Shown in pieces: positions 13,101 through 19,867 of a stretch of DNA of 64,000 nt (positions are counted from its first letter, which is position 1; each line of letters begins with the position of its first letter). The notes beneath the pieces are model-generated. The model was not told where the DNA came from, searched no databases, and saw only the letters and a program-made list of their open reading frames with translations. The translations under genes and the position numbers were made by a program. Source of the stretch: an uncultured Clostridia bacterium. Lineage in GTDB: Bacteria > Bacillota > Clostridia > Christensenellales > UBA1242. Location: assembly GCA_947627545.1 (NCBI GenBank), contig CANQWK010000001.1, forward strand, positions 15,473 to 79,472. The letters are read 5' to 3'.

Positions 13101-15346
13101 CCAAATTCAAGGTGGTCTGTATTAAATACAATTTGATTTGAATTGCCAACACTTTTCGTTATATAATTATATGAGTTTTCATTGCCATCAAACGGAATTA
13201 TATCATTGCCATTTGTAAACCTAGAATCTTCTCCATTATATTTTACAAATTGATATTCTCCCGTTTTGCTAACAATAAAACCTTGAAAATTGATTTTTAC
13301 GCTGTTAGGGTCTTTTTCAAATTCCACTTCTAATGTGTAACCTTCGCTTAAAGAACCTGTTATTCTAACAGATTTTAACGAATAACCTCCGCTTGGCCAC
13401 ATTCTGAAAGCATAATCTAAAATATATGCTTCATATTGATTATATAGAAAATCACTATCTTCTACTTTACTTTCTATTTTATTTCGTGAACTTGGTTTTA
13501 TTGGTCCAACTCTTCCAAGCCCATTAATATTAAATTCATACTTTATTTCTTGCGATGCACTAAATGGGTCATAAGGCAAACAAACTTTGTTCATGTCATA
13601 CTCTCTAGGCTGAGAAGTTGTATTTTTAACACTTCCTAAAAAAGTATTTTCAGTTGAAGAATAATAATCATCAGGGTCTAAATTTTCTGTATATTTCCAA
13701 TAAGGAATACTTGCATCAACAGTTCCTTTACCTGTTATTTCCACTTTTAATGGATGAGATTTTATAGGCGAAAAATTACTTACAGTATAATCATAGTAAT
13801 CATTGGTATAATCATTAAGGCTGCTGTTTTCAACTAAAAAGCCTAAAGGTAATGGGCAACCATTATTGCAATTGTACCCACTAGGAACATACCAAGAATT
13901 TCCTTTATTAAAATTTTTAATTTTTGAAACTTTTCCATATTCCAAATCATTTACTATTAAGCAAGAATCATCTGTTTGAATATAATGATTACCAAAACCT
14001 TCGTTTATTATATAATTAAAACAATTACCTAAAACCACACTTAATTGGTCTCTAATTGGTTTTGAGTTATATCCAGTGTCAATAAAAAACTCATCATCAT
14101 ATTCTGTTGAAGGAAACCTATAATTGTTTTGTTGATGAATTTTTTCAGTTGAACGACCTTGGTCTGGGTAATAAAAATTAAATCTATCTAATTTAGTATA
14201 AAAATTCGCATTATAAATTGTATCATACAAACAATGTTCATAGTTTTCTCCTTCACCTCCATATGAATTGTAAGCCGCTATATCTACTACGCAAGAACTA
14301 CAATTCATACTGCTATTGCTTCCAACCAAATCCCCTCGAAAATAACATTTATCAATATCTACTTTTGAAGGGTATGCGTATCTTTCTAATTTACTAAAAA
14401 ATCCTACTACACCAGCAACCATTACTGAAGGAATTTCTGGTGGTGGAACAGCATTCCCAAAATAATCTTCTTTTGCGCTAATGTGAACTCCATAGCAATT
14501 AAATCCATTATAGTCATATGCTTTTCCATAAGCTTCTGAACAATTAATGTTGCAATCAATTGAACAGTTCTTAATTATAGCTTTTTTATTATCATCAAGC
14601 GAAGCATTTACTGAACCAACTAGTCCACCAGTTGCATTAAATCTTTCATCTTTTGCTTCAGCAACAAGATTATATGCCCAAGCCGAATTAACAATTGAAC
14701 CATTCGATATAACACAATTTCTTATAATGCATTGTTCTGGATATTCATCATTATCGGCTATTTTGCCAACTAAACAACCTACGCTAACAACTTCATCATA
14801 AGTGTTTGTTCCTGAATATTCTCCGCTAATATTAATGCTTATGTTTGCCAATCTCAAATTTGCAATTTCCGCATTGCATATATAACCGAAGAAACCCACC
14901 GTGGCATAAGTATCTACATAACTAGAACTGTTAGTTGTGTTAATTGATATGTTAGCAATTGTATGATAATTTCCATAAAACCAACCTCTAAAACAAGACT
15001 TATAACCATATCCTGCCTTAGTATAATATCCTATTGGAATCCATTCTTTATTATTTAAATCTATATCGGTTGTTAAATAGATGCTTTTTCCTAAAAAATC
15101 ATAATTATTATTAACTAAATCTCTAAAAATTCCAAGTTCATTTGCAGAATTAATAGAAAAATCTGAGTTATGTAAATATACAGAATTTCCGCCATTGTTT
15201 AAGTCTGTTATTGAAACAGTTGCTGCCTTAACACTGCGATTTTCTTTTGTTTTGCCCAAAACAGCCACAAGCGAAATTGCGGCGGTTAATGATAGCGCCA
15301 ATGCTATAATGCTAATTAAAACTTTTTTTAATAATGTAGTTTTCAT
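4106..15346 (-). CDS. Giant secreted or cell-surface protein (3,746 aa) with an N-terminal signal/anchor and a GLUG-like beta-helix region
   Basis: Single uninterrupted ORF of 11,241 nt. The N-terminus MKTTLLKKVLISIIALALSLTAAISLVAVLG...SVKAA looks like a signal peptide. Residues ~45-360 show repeated GFFG/GCLVG/GGLVG...I.NC.I turns (GLUG-like). The rest is N/Y/T-rich with recurring GY-x-[FLI] modules. No LPXTG or SLH motif is present. Confidence 0.9.
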   Translation of the reverse strand: MKTTLLKKVLISIIALALSLTAAISLVAVLGKTKENRSVKAATVSITDLNNGGNSVYLHNSDFSINSANELGIFRDLVNNNYDFLGKSIYLTTDIDLNNKEWIPIGYYTKAGYGYKSCFRGWFYGNYHTIANISINTTNSSSYVDTYATVGFFGYICNAEIANLRLANISINISGEYSGTNTYDEVVSVGCLVGKIADNDEYPEQCIIRNCVISNGSIVNSAWAYNLVAEAKDERFNATGGLVGSVNASLDDNKKAIIKNCSIDCNINCSEAYGKAYDYNGFNCYGVHISAKEDYFGNAVPPPEIPSVMVAGVVGFFSKLERYAYPSKVDIDKCYFRGDLVGSNSSMNCSSCVVDIAAYNSYGGEGENYEHCLYDTIYNANFYTKLDRFNFYYPDQGRSTEKIHQQNNYRFPSTEYDDEFFIDTGYNSKPIRDQLSVVLGNCFNYIINEGFGNHYIQTDDSCLIVNDLEYGKVSKIKNFNKGNSWYVPSGYNCNNGCPLPLGFLVENSSLNDYTNDYYDYTVSNFSPIKSHPLKVEITGKGTVDASIPYWKYTENLDPDDYYSSTENTFLGSVKNTTSQPREYDMNKVCLPYDPFSASQEIKYEFNINGLGRVGPIKPSSRNKIESKVEDSDFLYNQYEAYILDYAFRMWPSGGYSLKSVRITGSLSEGYTLEVEFEKDPNSVKINFQGFIVSKTGEYQFVKYNGEDSRFTNGNDIIPFDGNENSYNYITKSVGNSNQIVFNTDHLEFGTGKQPVYIQDSKECPILGIYSESVPYLSNLANLNDFYKQDSTKGSIIGEDVLKNDGCLFLYSLVELDYFKLAVSNGDVWENDIKLGYFKNSNNIWKPTDLEIEIIDNEHKINFNYATWKYDLIYMSKFSGSLLDSKFVGKSIVVGNSKQEIGNADFYALPMSDLYELASPWYTKNVYNYISITIRFTQKPGSNYIYGYSITDDGSILAGKRVYDPSSGVGTNFPIGNAYFGELYSSYWGLLVGVDDEVNVSEVNPIWKSYGYKLSGPTLLARYTTPVVFGSSMTYKTFSYYTLKNLNDDNKIYFVSSGELATQEINGTKYTFEIIMDDQQGLCTGTFTNDEFHGSASNIRTLSALICLPEKPVLRTNPVKNCATLVSVGSGNKQYMAYYFKGPLSSLGNIPRMESSIVQGGSSENETTCGATVPCILDLDYRDTVKLTVDNYNNKGNNQDGKQYKDNDGDFSSKDYNVEKSSSVSVSNKGLSFSTFQHGFGREYLDVYYYAESPFNKGSYMCSDSQADEIAKYYTVSWKIKIGSSSTWQNFTGGQIDADSEIRCELQLKTFKINFYGLFYNGSYSADSSHVYFGNNSTASNNNTSLSIDVEIGARVDLQETNADYYVLKIGANRYVLVAKDFATAERIKNSYSNYVCIVPKRGYYNFTTANQISNAMLFYKYGSATNYNNLPKFTNSGIDFDEQSFSQNLNIYIGVQAYTSNIAIYYSTDANTNQAYRAYQISHTTGYSTNLTLNSKVLEDVKSGITNSQQRAAYDGFAITTYKQALIAQGFTHLGGTSSSNALSNMSQSQIDNYFANHKNSTIELYKSRNGNVNDYYIYLFTIKDLIDTKYVQCGNKTAKYYKVTAINAETYGDVAALKLNYATDEQSNVPYLTLTYSAYTLRIMVGKLAHADRIANITSQYQYQDESNKNWIYDPSNTTIIEIEFISGQNLQFGADGALNISSIDGKNYTFNVAIPYANANGYEFLNQGNLESFKTYYSGLSWNSIQDASLDNPFFSKNLTADTTLYLTLTLKSFTQTIQAVTVDGENFKLNEGGLVSQTRYQAGSQYKYDFELFVGSNLTFAQMNNYYVLTFTAPEFLKSFATTTQSGEYVIYIIPKISANVQGINDALTNFYVHPNGGYVLSSNGVPVMYSKADIGRTEFKNSESISNISESITYYACFNIVNYELPVYYQLADEQAWNNAGISFNVKTQIDFTNLKQIVKDEQAENIGEIDGWLLTANKQALIDQGFEYVEYFDEAQLVRRKLNDAEINFEKLLSIYASGSVVFYKDKTDISCNIPLTDYEVWKFSLGESVYGIDETFYLINSLQIGSYGALNALASSMDFDPYIRPYLSKIYDITIQNVIKNASGGLTSIHGNDIENLSNYFGVGGNLNNNKTETTTTEFNLGEGPTINLELSNKSDEKYVFFTSHLKSGNETTFYAPQDFDKNYQNTTSFSGSNYWFVYNYGYEIVGWKVMFMFKQQIYYVYKENDNWLCTDSLTNSIDVNVLQGAKLIDYLKLLQQKTSSSNESPKILMVPVWTEATIKPEMYGTSMDSRRFFKYGEMYDLSGANYLKTNAQINGQSLAYFLPTLSGNPVEETIIIDSTISASSLNSKENPAWNYRNIPFGCYTYENEIYTISLVPQFLDNIYKIKMNLDGLKSFKDKLDNKEKYVVASNDYELKQAGANTIDFFDFRSKELYVEEDFEYKSYAEFKNNEEFATSYFWTDVYSTFMFNFKTNYNNSVSGQGGKFFSILRKLFYKDAALTIGTTEAFDGNEEKQFTSFEANLNDFKDKFFIYFASNQLVGELPAFLDENYQLILWYNNGSDTSGNSIKMSYKTYVYNQDLHSQTVEENNFLIFEKWNYTRCYVAGEGYNLTINPYYFRKYYYLRPQTLLDETQNAGEYGYFIIRVEDTLIDDNTSINYLAIFLDGEMQYYSFDSSIQWTDEKLLSYTNKMASSGSVDLINTSKLTKIEKVKFYAGSNIFFITFDQSQDPDAMASGLYDEMIGYKFSSITWKNKTAADVYKYPLNNEETLNYTSFVDAETIDSHNLAVGNEFDVDVVFSKIGYSIDVKLANEQAGTFSIYINGRNYNLNSYQPINNIPVKVEDEILIRYSAKIGYEFAEEAFVLEITTPEKVYTVVLLRNEQLQNEDGTINQTYVLNLTGSWLRQNFYCATDKLGNKVQGLDDFAVNKTDIGDIVINNDLIIFDYKIKIYDSSKTGEDAWLDTITPTQGNKWNIQVRDVSLYEAFSKIRNGSYYGYKGKDGTEYAAISSYSYNSNKTLNKDNLFTNYPFPLADAEFTTRTFNIYQYLSSNLGVEPTIILPNLAEFRTIYSVLEVRPNLTIEVFVKAMENDTNSTEREITISNSATNSKTLTLQANENVVNGYYRSNTTALMIVESYVGLNNEILTQFDTNRYLAAQFSLNNEILTTTNFAIEENSKLEVSFIPNLLSVQIEYYLNNSLTNLESLSQIISAINLQPTSNLNINSKIDGAINISADYQGRIVINEVVVNANFVGSTNFEYIVQDRDYNYGAVKISIYLEDKPNQNITVKMQLRDANFAYSTDDFGTFEILVIDEQTGMQDSYSGNSTINVRENRKVVAKLNLNAGYNYEGHIYFNGVKQLNITSEGLILINNFKVDKDANGNPYYYPNAGTYIIYLSKQSIRLEFENNLNENYYSMFTNAIRTSKSSTQNGRFNYITGAYVGSTIMFSDNVILNNYQLKTFYYYNSLNEKVTFEGNRIVLTSQLIEECCSLANNTIQFGVENWQKFSITLNITSSNPDLINLVQYTTNIADFVSGNYYLQYNEDSEEDEINFVFYPQELTKYIINVEIEGEQVATSNMLGYTEVNFKLIKNIILDVKIEPALFNLNVNEYHFDSLDDLQNPNNALVSSEQQFNSTLSNEYRFNQDVQLDIITKTEDWLLTKIELTTVDNLTLTIEIKQNNIVVSLNGKELKADNGVYTITHNGVIYTYSVVLNDNVLSISYKNVQNSTVDISYDNLKTIAPKD

Positions 15347-15527
15347 TTTTACCCCTATCCCCTACTATTATGTTTCTTGTTTATAGTTTTGCAAATTTTA
15401 TGTGTTTACTTTTTGATTGAGTTATAAATTTAAACAGCCAAATAATTTTAACAACAAATGCCTTAAATTTTTTAAAAGCCAATTAATTTCAATTAAAACT
15501 AATTTTTGAAATAATATTCTTATGAAT

Positions 15528-15556
15528 ATTATACCACTTGATAAATGTTTTTACAA
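15528..15556 (-). promoter_or_regulatory. Candidate promoter of the giant gene
   Basis: On the minus strand: TTGTAA (15556-15551), 17-nt spacer, TGG-TATAAT (15536-15528). This implies a ~180-nt 5' UTR. Confidence 0.5.
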
Positions 15557-15610
15557 ACAAAATAAATTAATTTGTAAAAAAATTTTGTAATTTGTTAAAA
15601 TTTGTTATAT
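15548..15610. promoter_or_regulatory. Operator-like repeat cluster in the divergent regulator / giant-gene spacer
   Basis: A perfect 10-bp inverted repeat, TTTTTACAAA (15548-57) and TTTGTAAAAA (15571-80). Further direct TTTGTAA/TTTGTTA copies start at 15584, 15591 and 15601. The left arm overlaps the -35 of the giant-gene promoter. Confidence 0.45.
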
Positions 15611-15678
15611 TTTAAAAGTCTAAAAAATTAATTAAAATTTATAAAAATTAAAAGGTTAAGTGTAATAGTTTAAATTGT

Positions 15679-15707
15679 TTGCATTTAAAATTTTAATATG
15701 TTAAAAT
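15679..15707 (+). promoter_or_regulatory. Candidate promoter of the XRE-family membrane regulator
   Basis: TTGCAT (15679-84), 17-nt spacer, TGT-TAAAAT (15699-15707). A GGAG Shine-Dalgarno precedes ATG 15752. Confidence 0.5.
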
Positions 15708-15751
15708 TGATTTGGATATTAAAACCATATTAATCATTAAAATGGAGAATT

Positions 15752-16621
15752 ATGGAAGACATAAACAAAACAATTGGCAAAAATTTGTTAACCTTACGCA
15801 AGATGGCAAAATTAACGCAATTAGAATTAGCCGAAAAATTTAATTATTCCGATAAAAGCATTTCTAAATGGGAAGCGGGAGAATCTTTGCCTAGCGTGGA
15901 AATTTTATATAATTTATGCAATTTTTATGGTGTAACGCTAGATAATCTTACGCAAGAAGAAATGATAATTGAGCCTAAGCGAAAATCTATAACAAGCAAA
16001 TTTATTCCTAACTTACCGGTAAGGCTTATAATAACCCTGCTAGCCGTTAGTGCCGTGTGGTTGTTAGCAACAATATTGTTTGTTTCATTTAAAATTTCTT
16101 TTAACATTAACATTGGAATGTTTTTTATGTGGGCTGTTCCGCTTTCCTGCATAATTTTGATTATTTTTAACAGCATTTGGGGGCGAAGTTCACTTTTGCT
16201 TTACATTTTATCGTTGCTAATATGGTCAACTTTGGCATGTGTGCATGTTCAACTTTTAAAATATAATTTATGGATGGTGTATTTGTTAGGCATTCCGCTT
16301 CAAGTTGCAATAATTTTATGGGCATGTCTTTTAAAGAAACGAAATCAACCTAAGCCTAAAAAGATAAAAGAAATAAAACCTAAAAAAGAAAAACATAAAA
16401 AAGAGAAAAAAGCAAAAATTAAAGATAAAGATAAAAATAATTTAAATGTAAAACCAGATTTTAATTCAAACTTAAAAAATGAAGAAACCAATATTGAAAA
16501 CAATTTAAACAGCCAGGCGGAAAAAGATAATGCTCAAACTTCGCCTGCAAAAAAAAGTAAAAAGAAAGGCAAAACCTCTGCGAATGATGACTTTGGGTTT
16601 GACTTTATTCAGCATAAATAA
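15752..16621 (+). CDS. Membrane-tethered XRE-family HTH regulator with a lysine-rich C-terminal tail
   Basis: N-terminal HTH_3 pattern (LRKMAKLTQLELAEKFNYSDKSISKWEAGESLPSVEILYNLCNFYGVTLDNL) followed by ~4 TM helices. It ends in a KPKKIKEIKPKKEKHKKEKKAKIKDK tail. Confidence 0.85.
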   Translation: MEDINKTIGKNLLTLRKMAKLTQLELAEKFNYSDKSISKWEAGESLPSVEILYNLCNFYGVTLDNLTQEEMIIEPKRKSITSKFIPNLPVRLIITLLAVSAVWLLATILFVSFKISFNINIGMFFMWAVPLSCIILIIFNSIWGRSSLLLYILSLLIWSTLACVHVQLLKYNLWMVYLLGIPLQVAIILWACLLKKRNQPKPKKIKEIKPKKEKHKKEKKAKIKDKDKNNLNVKPDFNSNLKNEETNIENNLNSQAEKDNAQTSPAKKSKKKGKTSANDDFGFDFIQHK

Positions 16622-16630
16622 AGGAAAAAT

Positions 16631-17365
16631 ATGAAAGTAGTTTTTGTTGTTGATTCTTTAAACGATTTAAATAAAAAAATTGCCATGTTGCAATCTCATT
16701 TTGGCAATGATATTATATATATTGTTAAAGCAAATTTAGCAAAAATTTTTAAAACTTATGGGCATTTTGAAAGTGCGGTTTATTACAATAATTTATCTAA
16801 AATAATTCATTACACTTTGCTTAAATTAGATGTCTCTAGTTTGGTTATTTGTTATGCTAGTTTGGAGTTTGACAGCAAACTTTTAGAAAGGTTTATTGAA
16901 CAGATTAAAGACGGACAAAAAGTTGTAAATGTTATGCCAAATTATAACATTTTAGAGCAATTTTCTAACGTTGTTTACAATTTATATGTAAAGGCAATTT
17001 TTAAAAATGAAGATAGTTTAGCAAGTCCTAAATTGCAATATTTGCCACAAGCTTGCGTGCAAGAACTTTTACAATCTCACCTTGGCAACAAAATGTTTGC
17101 AATGCCAAGCAATTTAACCAACACTATGTATGTGGAAGACAAAAAAATTAATTCATCTTTAAAAATAAAAACAGGTTTTAACAAATTTAGCCTTTTACCA
17201 ATAATTATTACCCTTATAATAACCGCTTGTTTAATAATGTCACTTGCCTTTTGGGGTTTAAATTTCTTTACAATTTTTATTTTTGTTTTGCTTTATATTT
17301 TAGATATATTTTTAAGCATTGTTTTTAGTTGTAAAAATTATTTTGATAACCGATTTTTAAAATGA
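16631..17365 (+). CDS. Hypothetical protein with two C-terminal TM helices
   Basis: Begins 9 nt after the XRE gene with an AAGGA Shine-Dalgarno, so it is probably co-transcribed. A soluble N-terminal ~190 aa is followed by 2 TM helices. No catalytic motif recognised. Confidence 0.6.
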   Translation: MKVVFVVDSLNDLNKKIAMLQSHFGNDIIYIVKANLAKIFKTYGHFESAVYYNNLSKIIHYTLLKLDVSSLVICYASLEFDSKLLERFIEQIKDGQKVVNVMPNYNILEQFSNVVYNLYVKAIFKNEDSLASPKLQYLPQACVQELLQSHLGNKMFAMPSNLTNTMYVEDKKINSSLKIKTGFNKFSLLPIIITLIITACLIMSLAFWGLNFFTIFIFVLLYILDIFLSIVFSCKNYFDNRFLK

Positions 17366-17482
17366 CATTTATAAATGAAATTGTTATTAAAATGAAATTA
17401 AAACAAAAAATTAAATTAAAATAATAAAAACAAATTATATCATTTAAAAAATTAAAATTAAATTTAACTTTAATTAAAAAAT

Positions 17483-17518
17483 AAAAAAATTGGATTTTAA
17501 AATCCAATTTTTGTTTTT
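17483..17518. terminator. Rho-independent terminator downstream of rpmA
   Basis: Palindrome AATTGGATTTT/AAAATCCAATT (17488-17509) flanked by A and T runs. On the minus strand it is followed by a T-rich tract. Confidence 0.7.
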
Positions 17519-17800
17519 CTATTTTGCTTCTTTTGTTTCTACCAAAGCAATTTTTCTTCCTCTGCCATCTAATTTAAAGCGTACAACACCATCGGTTAAT
17601 GCAAACAAAGTGTAATCTGTTCCGCAGCCAACATTTTCGCTAGGATAAATTTTTGTGCCTCTTTGACGAACAATTATTGAACCAGCTTTAACAAATTGAC
17701 CATCGCCTGTTTTAACGCCAAGACGTTTAGATTCACTATCTCTGCCGTTTTTGGTGCTACCGCCACCTTTTTTATGGGCAAATAATTGAATATTAATCAT
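17519..17800 (-). CDS. rpmA: 50S ribosomal protein L27 (with Prp-cleavable N-terminal extension)
   Basis: [22 protein letters not shown]... shows the Firmicutes pro-sequence ending in the LFA/HKKG cleavage context. Confidence 0.95.
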   Translation of the reverse strand: MINIQLFAHKKGGGSTKNGRDSESKRLGVKTGDGQFVKAGSIIVRQRGTKIYPSENVGCGTDYTLFALTDGVVRFKLDGRGRKIALVETKEAK

Positions 17801-18128
17801 TTATTATCTCCTTTATTTTAATATATTTTTTGTATCCTTCTGCAACTTCTTTTAAGCCTATTGCCGCCGTTTGCATTAAGGTTTGCGCCTTATTTATTTC
17901 TTGTTCGGTTAAACCTTTTATCCCCACATATAAATGCGGAATGTTTTCATCTATTAACTTTTCAACTTTTAATTTTTCAACTTTTTCTAGCCCTAAGATT
18001 AAAGTTTGAGTTATTGCTGAAACTGCACTGCAAACAATATCTTTACCGCTTTCGGCATAGCCTGAATGCCCTGTTGCTTCTAACGATACAATTTTGTTTT
18101 TGTTTTTTATAAGTGTTATATATATCAT
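17793..18128 (-). CDS. prp: Ribosomal-processing cysteine protease Prp (YsxB family)
   Basis: Sits between rplU and rpmA. Carries the [18 protein letters not shown] catalytic His/Cys motif. 111 aa. Confidence 0.9.
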   Translation of the reverse strand: MIYITLIKNKNKIVSLEATGHSGYAESGKDIVCSAVSAITQTLILGLEKVEKLKVEKLIDENIPHLYVGIKGLTEQEINKAQTLMQTAAIGLKEVAEGYKKYIKIKEIIND

Positions 18129-18130
18129 TG

Positions 18131-18436
18131 TTAACCTATGCTTACTATTAACAATTTGGTGTATGGTTGACGATGACCTTGTTTTTTACGCTCGTTCTTT
18201 TTAGCTTTGTACTTAAACACTGTAATTTTTTTGTCTTGCACTTGAGCTAAAACTTTTGCTTTAACCATAACATCTTTAACAATTGGATTGCCAGTTTTAA
18301 CCTTTTCGCCATCAACCGTCATAACAACAGGGAAACTAACTTCTTCGCCAATCTCTGCGTTTAAACGGTCAACAGTAATGGTATCATTGGCTGCAACTTT
18401 ATATTGCTTACCCAAAATACTTGCTATTGCGTACAT
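18131..18436 (-). CDS. rplU: 50S ribosomal protein L21
   Basis: MYAIASILGKQYKV... and KKNERKKQGHRQPYTKL are typical L21 sequence. Confidence 0.95.
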   Translation of the reverse strand: MYAIASILGKQYKVAANDTITVDRLNAEIGEEVSFPVVMTVDGEKVKTGNPIVKDVMVKAKVLAQVQDKKITVFKYKAKKNERKKQGHRQPYTKLLIVSIG

Positions 18437-18596
18437 ACTAGTTACCTCCTATAAAGACTCACTTTTAAGGTATTGCATTTTGATTCAACTTAGCCTCATT
18501 AAAAAATTTCAACTAAATTATATCATTAATTTAACAAACAATTTAGTAATAAATTGCTTAATTGCAAATTTAAAACCTGTTCAATGTGGTACTACA
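18437..18596 (-). promoter_or_regulatory. rplU 5' leader (L21-leader-like autoregulatory region, putative)
   Basis: A ~160-nt untranslated leader lies between a near-consensus promoter and the rplU Shine-Dalgarno (AGGAGG). Firmicutes rplU operons are known to carry an L21 leader. The fold was not verified. Confidence 0.4.
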
Positions 18597-18602
18597 TTTG
18601 AT

Positions 18603-18631
18603 ATTATATCATACAAAAAAGCACTTGTCAA
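18603..18631 (-). promoter_or_regulatory. Consensus sigma-A promoter of the rplU-prp-rpmA operon
   Basis: On the minus strand: TTGACA (18631-18626), 17-nt spacer, TATAAT (18608-18603). Confidence 0.75.
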
Positions 18632-18763
18632 CCCTTTTAAAGAAATATTTTATATTATTATAAAAACGAAAATTTATATATAATTTAGAAAAAAACAAAC
18701 TTTTTAACTTAAAAATTATTTAATATATGCTTTAACAAGTAATTTAAAAATAAATTCGTCAAA

Positions 18764-19561
18764 TTATTTACAAACTTCTTTAATAGGCGTTAAAATTGGA
18801 TTATTCAAGGACAAATTTATTAGTTTATCTTCGTCAAAATATGGCGTGTTTAATGAATTGCAATAAAAAATTGTGTATTGATTTCTTTTTATTTGTTTAA
18901 GCAATTGCAAAATAGTACATTCGTCATTAACCTTAATTAAAACTATTTTGCTAAAATTTTTTTCTTTTGCAGTTTTAAAAAGTGAAAAGGTCGGTTTAAT
19001 TTTTGGAGTTGAAGTTACAAAGAAAAACATCATAATTAAATAGAATAAATTAATCGAATTAAAGCATGACACAATAAACAATGCCGCAAACAAAATAGAT
19101 AAAATTATTCTTATTGCTAGGTCGGTGCGTTTATATGATTTTTCATTTTTAAACATTGAACGAAAAATTTTGCCACCGTCTAGTGGGTATAGTGGCAATA
19201 AATTAAACATTGCAAGATAAAAATTTGCAAAACAAAAATTATTAAGATAAACATAACTTTTAGGCACCGCCCAATAAAGCGACATACAAACTAAACATAA
19301 AATTAAGTTTAAAATTGGACCTGCTATGTTAATTGCAAAACTATCTCTATCTAAAATTTTATTATCTAATTCAATTGACAGCCCAAATATATCTAGCCTA
19401 GCCTGTTTTAATTTATAGCCTTTTAAAGTGGCAACAAAAAGATGAGCAAGTTCATGCAACGTTAAGGCAACAAAATAATTGATAAGCAATAAAAAATTTT
19501 TATATGCAATTAAAATTACAATTAAAAATAAAAGGCTTGCCCCAACTTTAAATTTTTTCAT
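18764..19561 (-). CDS. Site-2 metalloprotease, M50B family (SpoIVFB-like)
   Basis: HELAHL (HExxH) sits in a TM helix and NLLPLYPLDGGKIF (NxxPxxxLDG) in another. Its position between minD and rplU mirrors B. subtilis spoIVFB. Confidence 0.8.
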   Translation of the reverse strand: MKKFKVGASLLFLIVILIAYKNFLLLINYFVALTLHELAHLFVATLKGYKLKQARLDIFGLSIELDNKILDRDSFAINIAGPILNLILCLVCMSLYWAVPKSYVYLNNFCFANFYLAMFNLLPLYPLDGGKIFRSMFKNEKSYKRTDLAIRIILSILFAALFIVSCFNSINLFYLIMMFFFVTSTPKIKPTFSLFKTAKEKNFSKIVLIKVNDECTILQLLKQIKRNQYTIFYCNSLNTPYFDEDKLINLSLNNPILTPIKEVCK

Positions 19562-19639
19562 ATATTAAGATATTCTTATATTGCCAGATATATACTAAAC
19601 AAAAATTAACAACGTTCACGCAAATTTACATATATCAAA

Positions 19640-19867
19640 TTAATTTGGAATGGCTTTCATAAGTTTAATTCGGTCGCCTTTTGAATTAATTGAAATTGAA
19701 TATAAATTGTTTTCCACATTAATGTCAATAAATATATCATTAAAATCCACTTCAAAATAATTGTTAATTAAATAATAAAAATCCGATTTAATAACATTTA
19801 TTAAATACTTAGGATTTGTTTCTTTGTTTTTTTGAATTAGATTATCTAATCGTTTATTTAAATCCAT
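19640..19867 (-). CDS. Small protein resembling the MinE topological-specificity factor
   Basis: 75 aa located downstream of minD. The C-terminal pattern YLINVIKSDFYYLINNYFEVDFNDIFIDINVE parallels the MinE L..eI..vI.kY..id.e.v.v core. The N-terminal MinD-binding region is only weakly similar. Confidence 0.45.
   Translation of the reverse strand: MDLNKRLDNLIQKNKETNPKYLINVIKSDFYYLINNYFEVDFNDIFIDINVENNLYSISINSKGDRIKLMKAIPN

Noticed and set aside
15323-15329. T7 (coding-strand A7) homopolymer in codons 6-9 of the giant gene as a slipped-strand phase-variation switch
   Set aside because: Runs of 7 A or T are ubiquitous in this extremely AT-rich sequence, and 7 nt is short for efficient slippage. 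No alternative-frame start or evidence of length variation is visible.
17325-18683. ORFs 17325..17507, 17861..18112 and 18288..18683 from the track
   Set aside because: The first lies in an A/T-only spacer containing the rpmA terminator. The others are antisense to prp and rplU or run through the rplU leader and promoter. None has translation signals.
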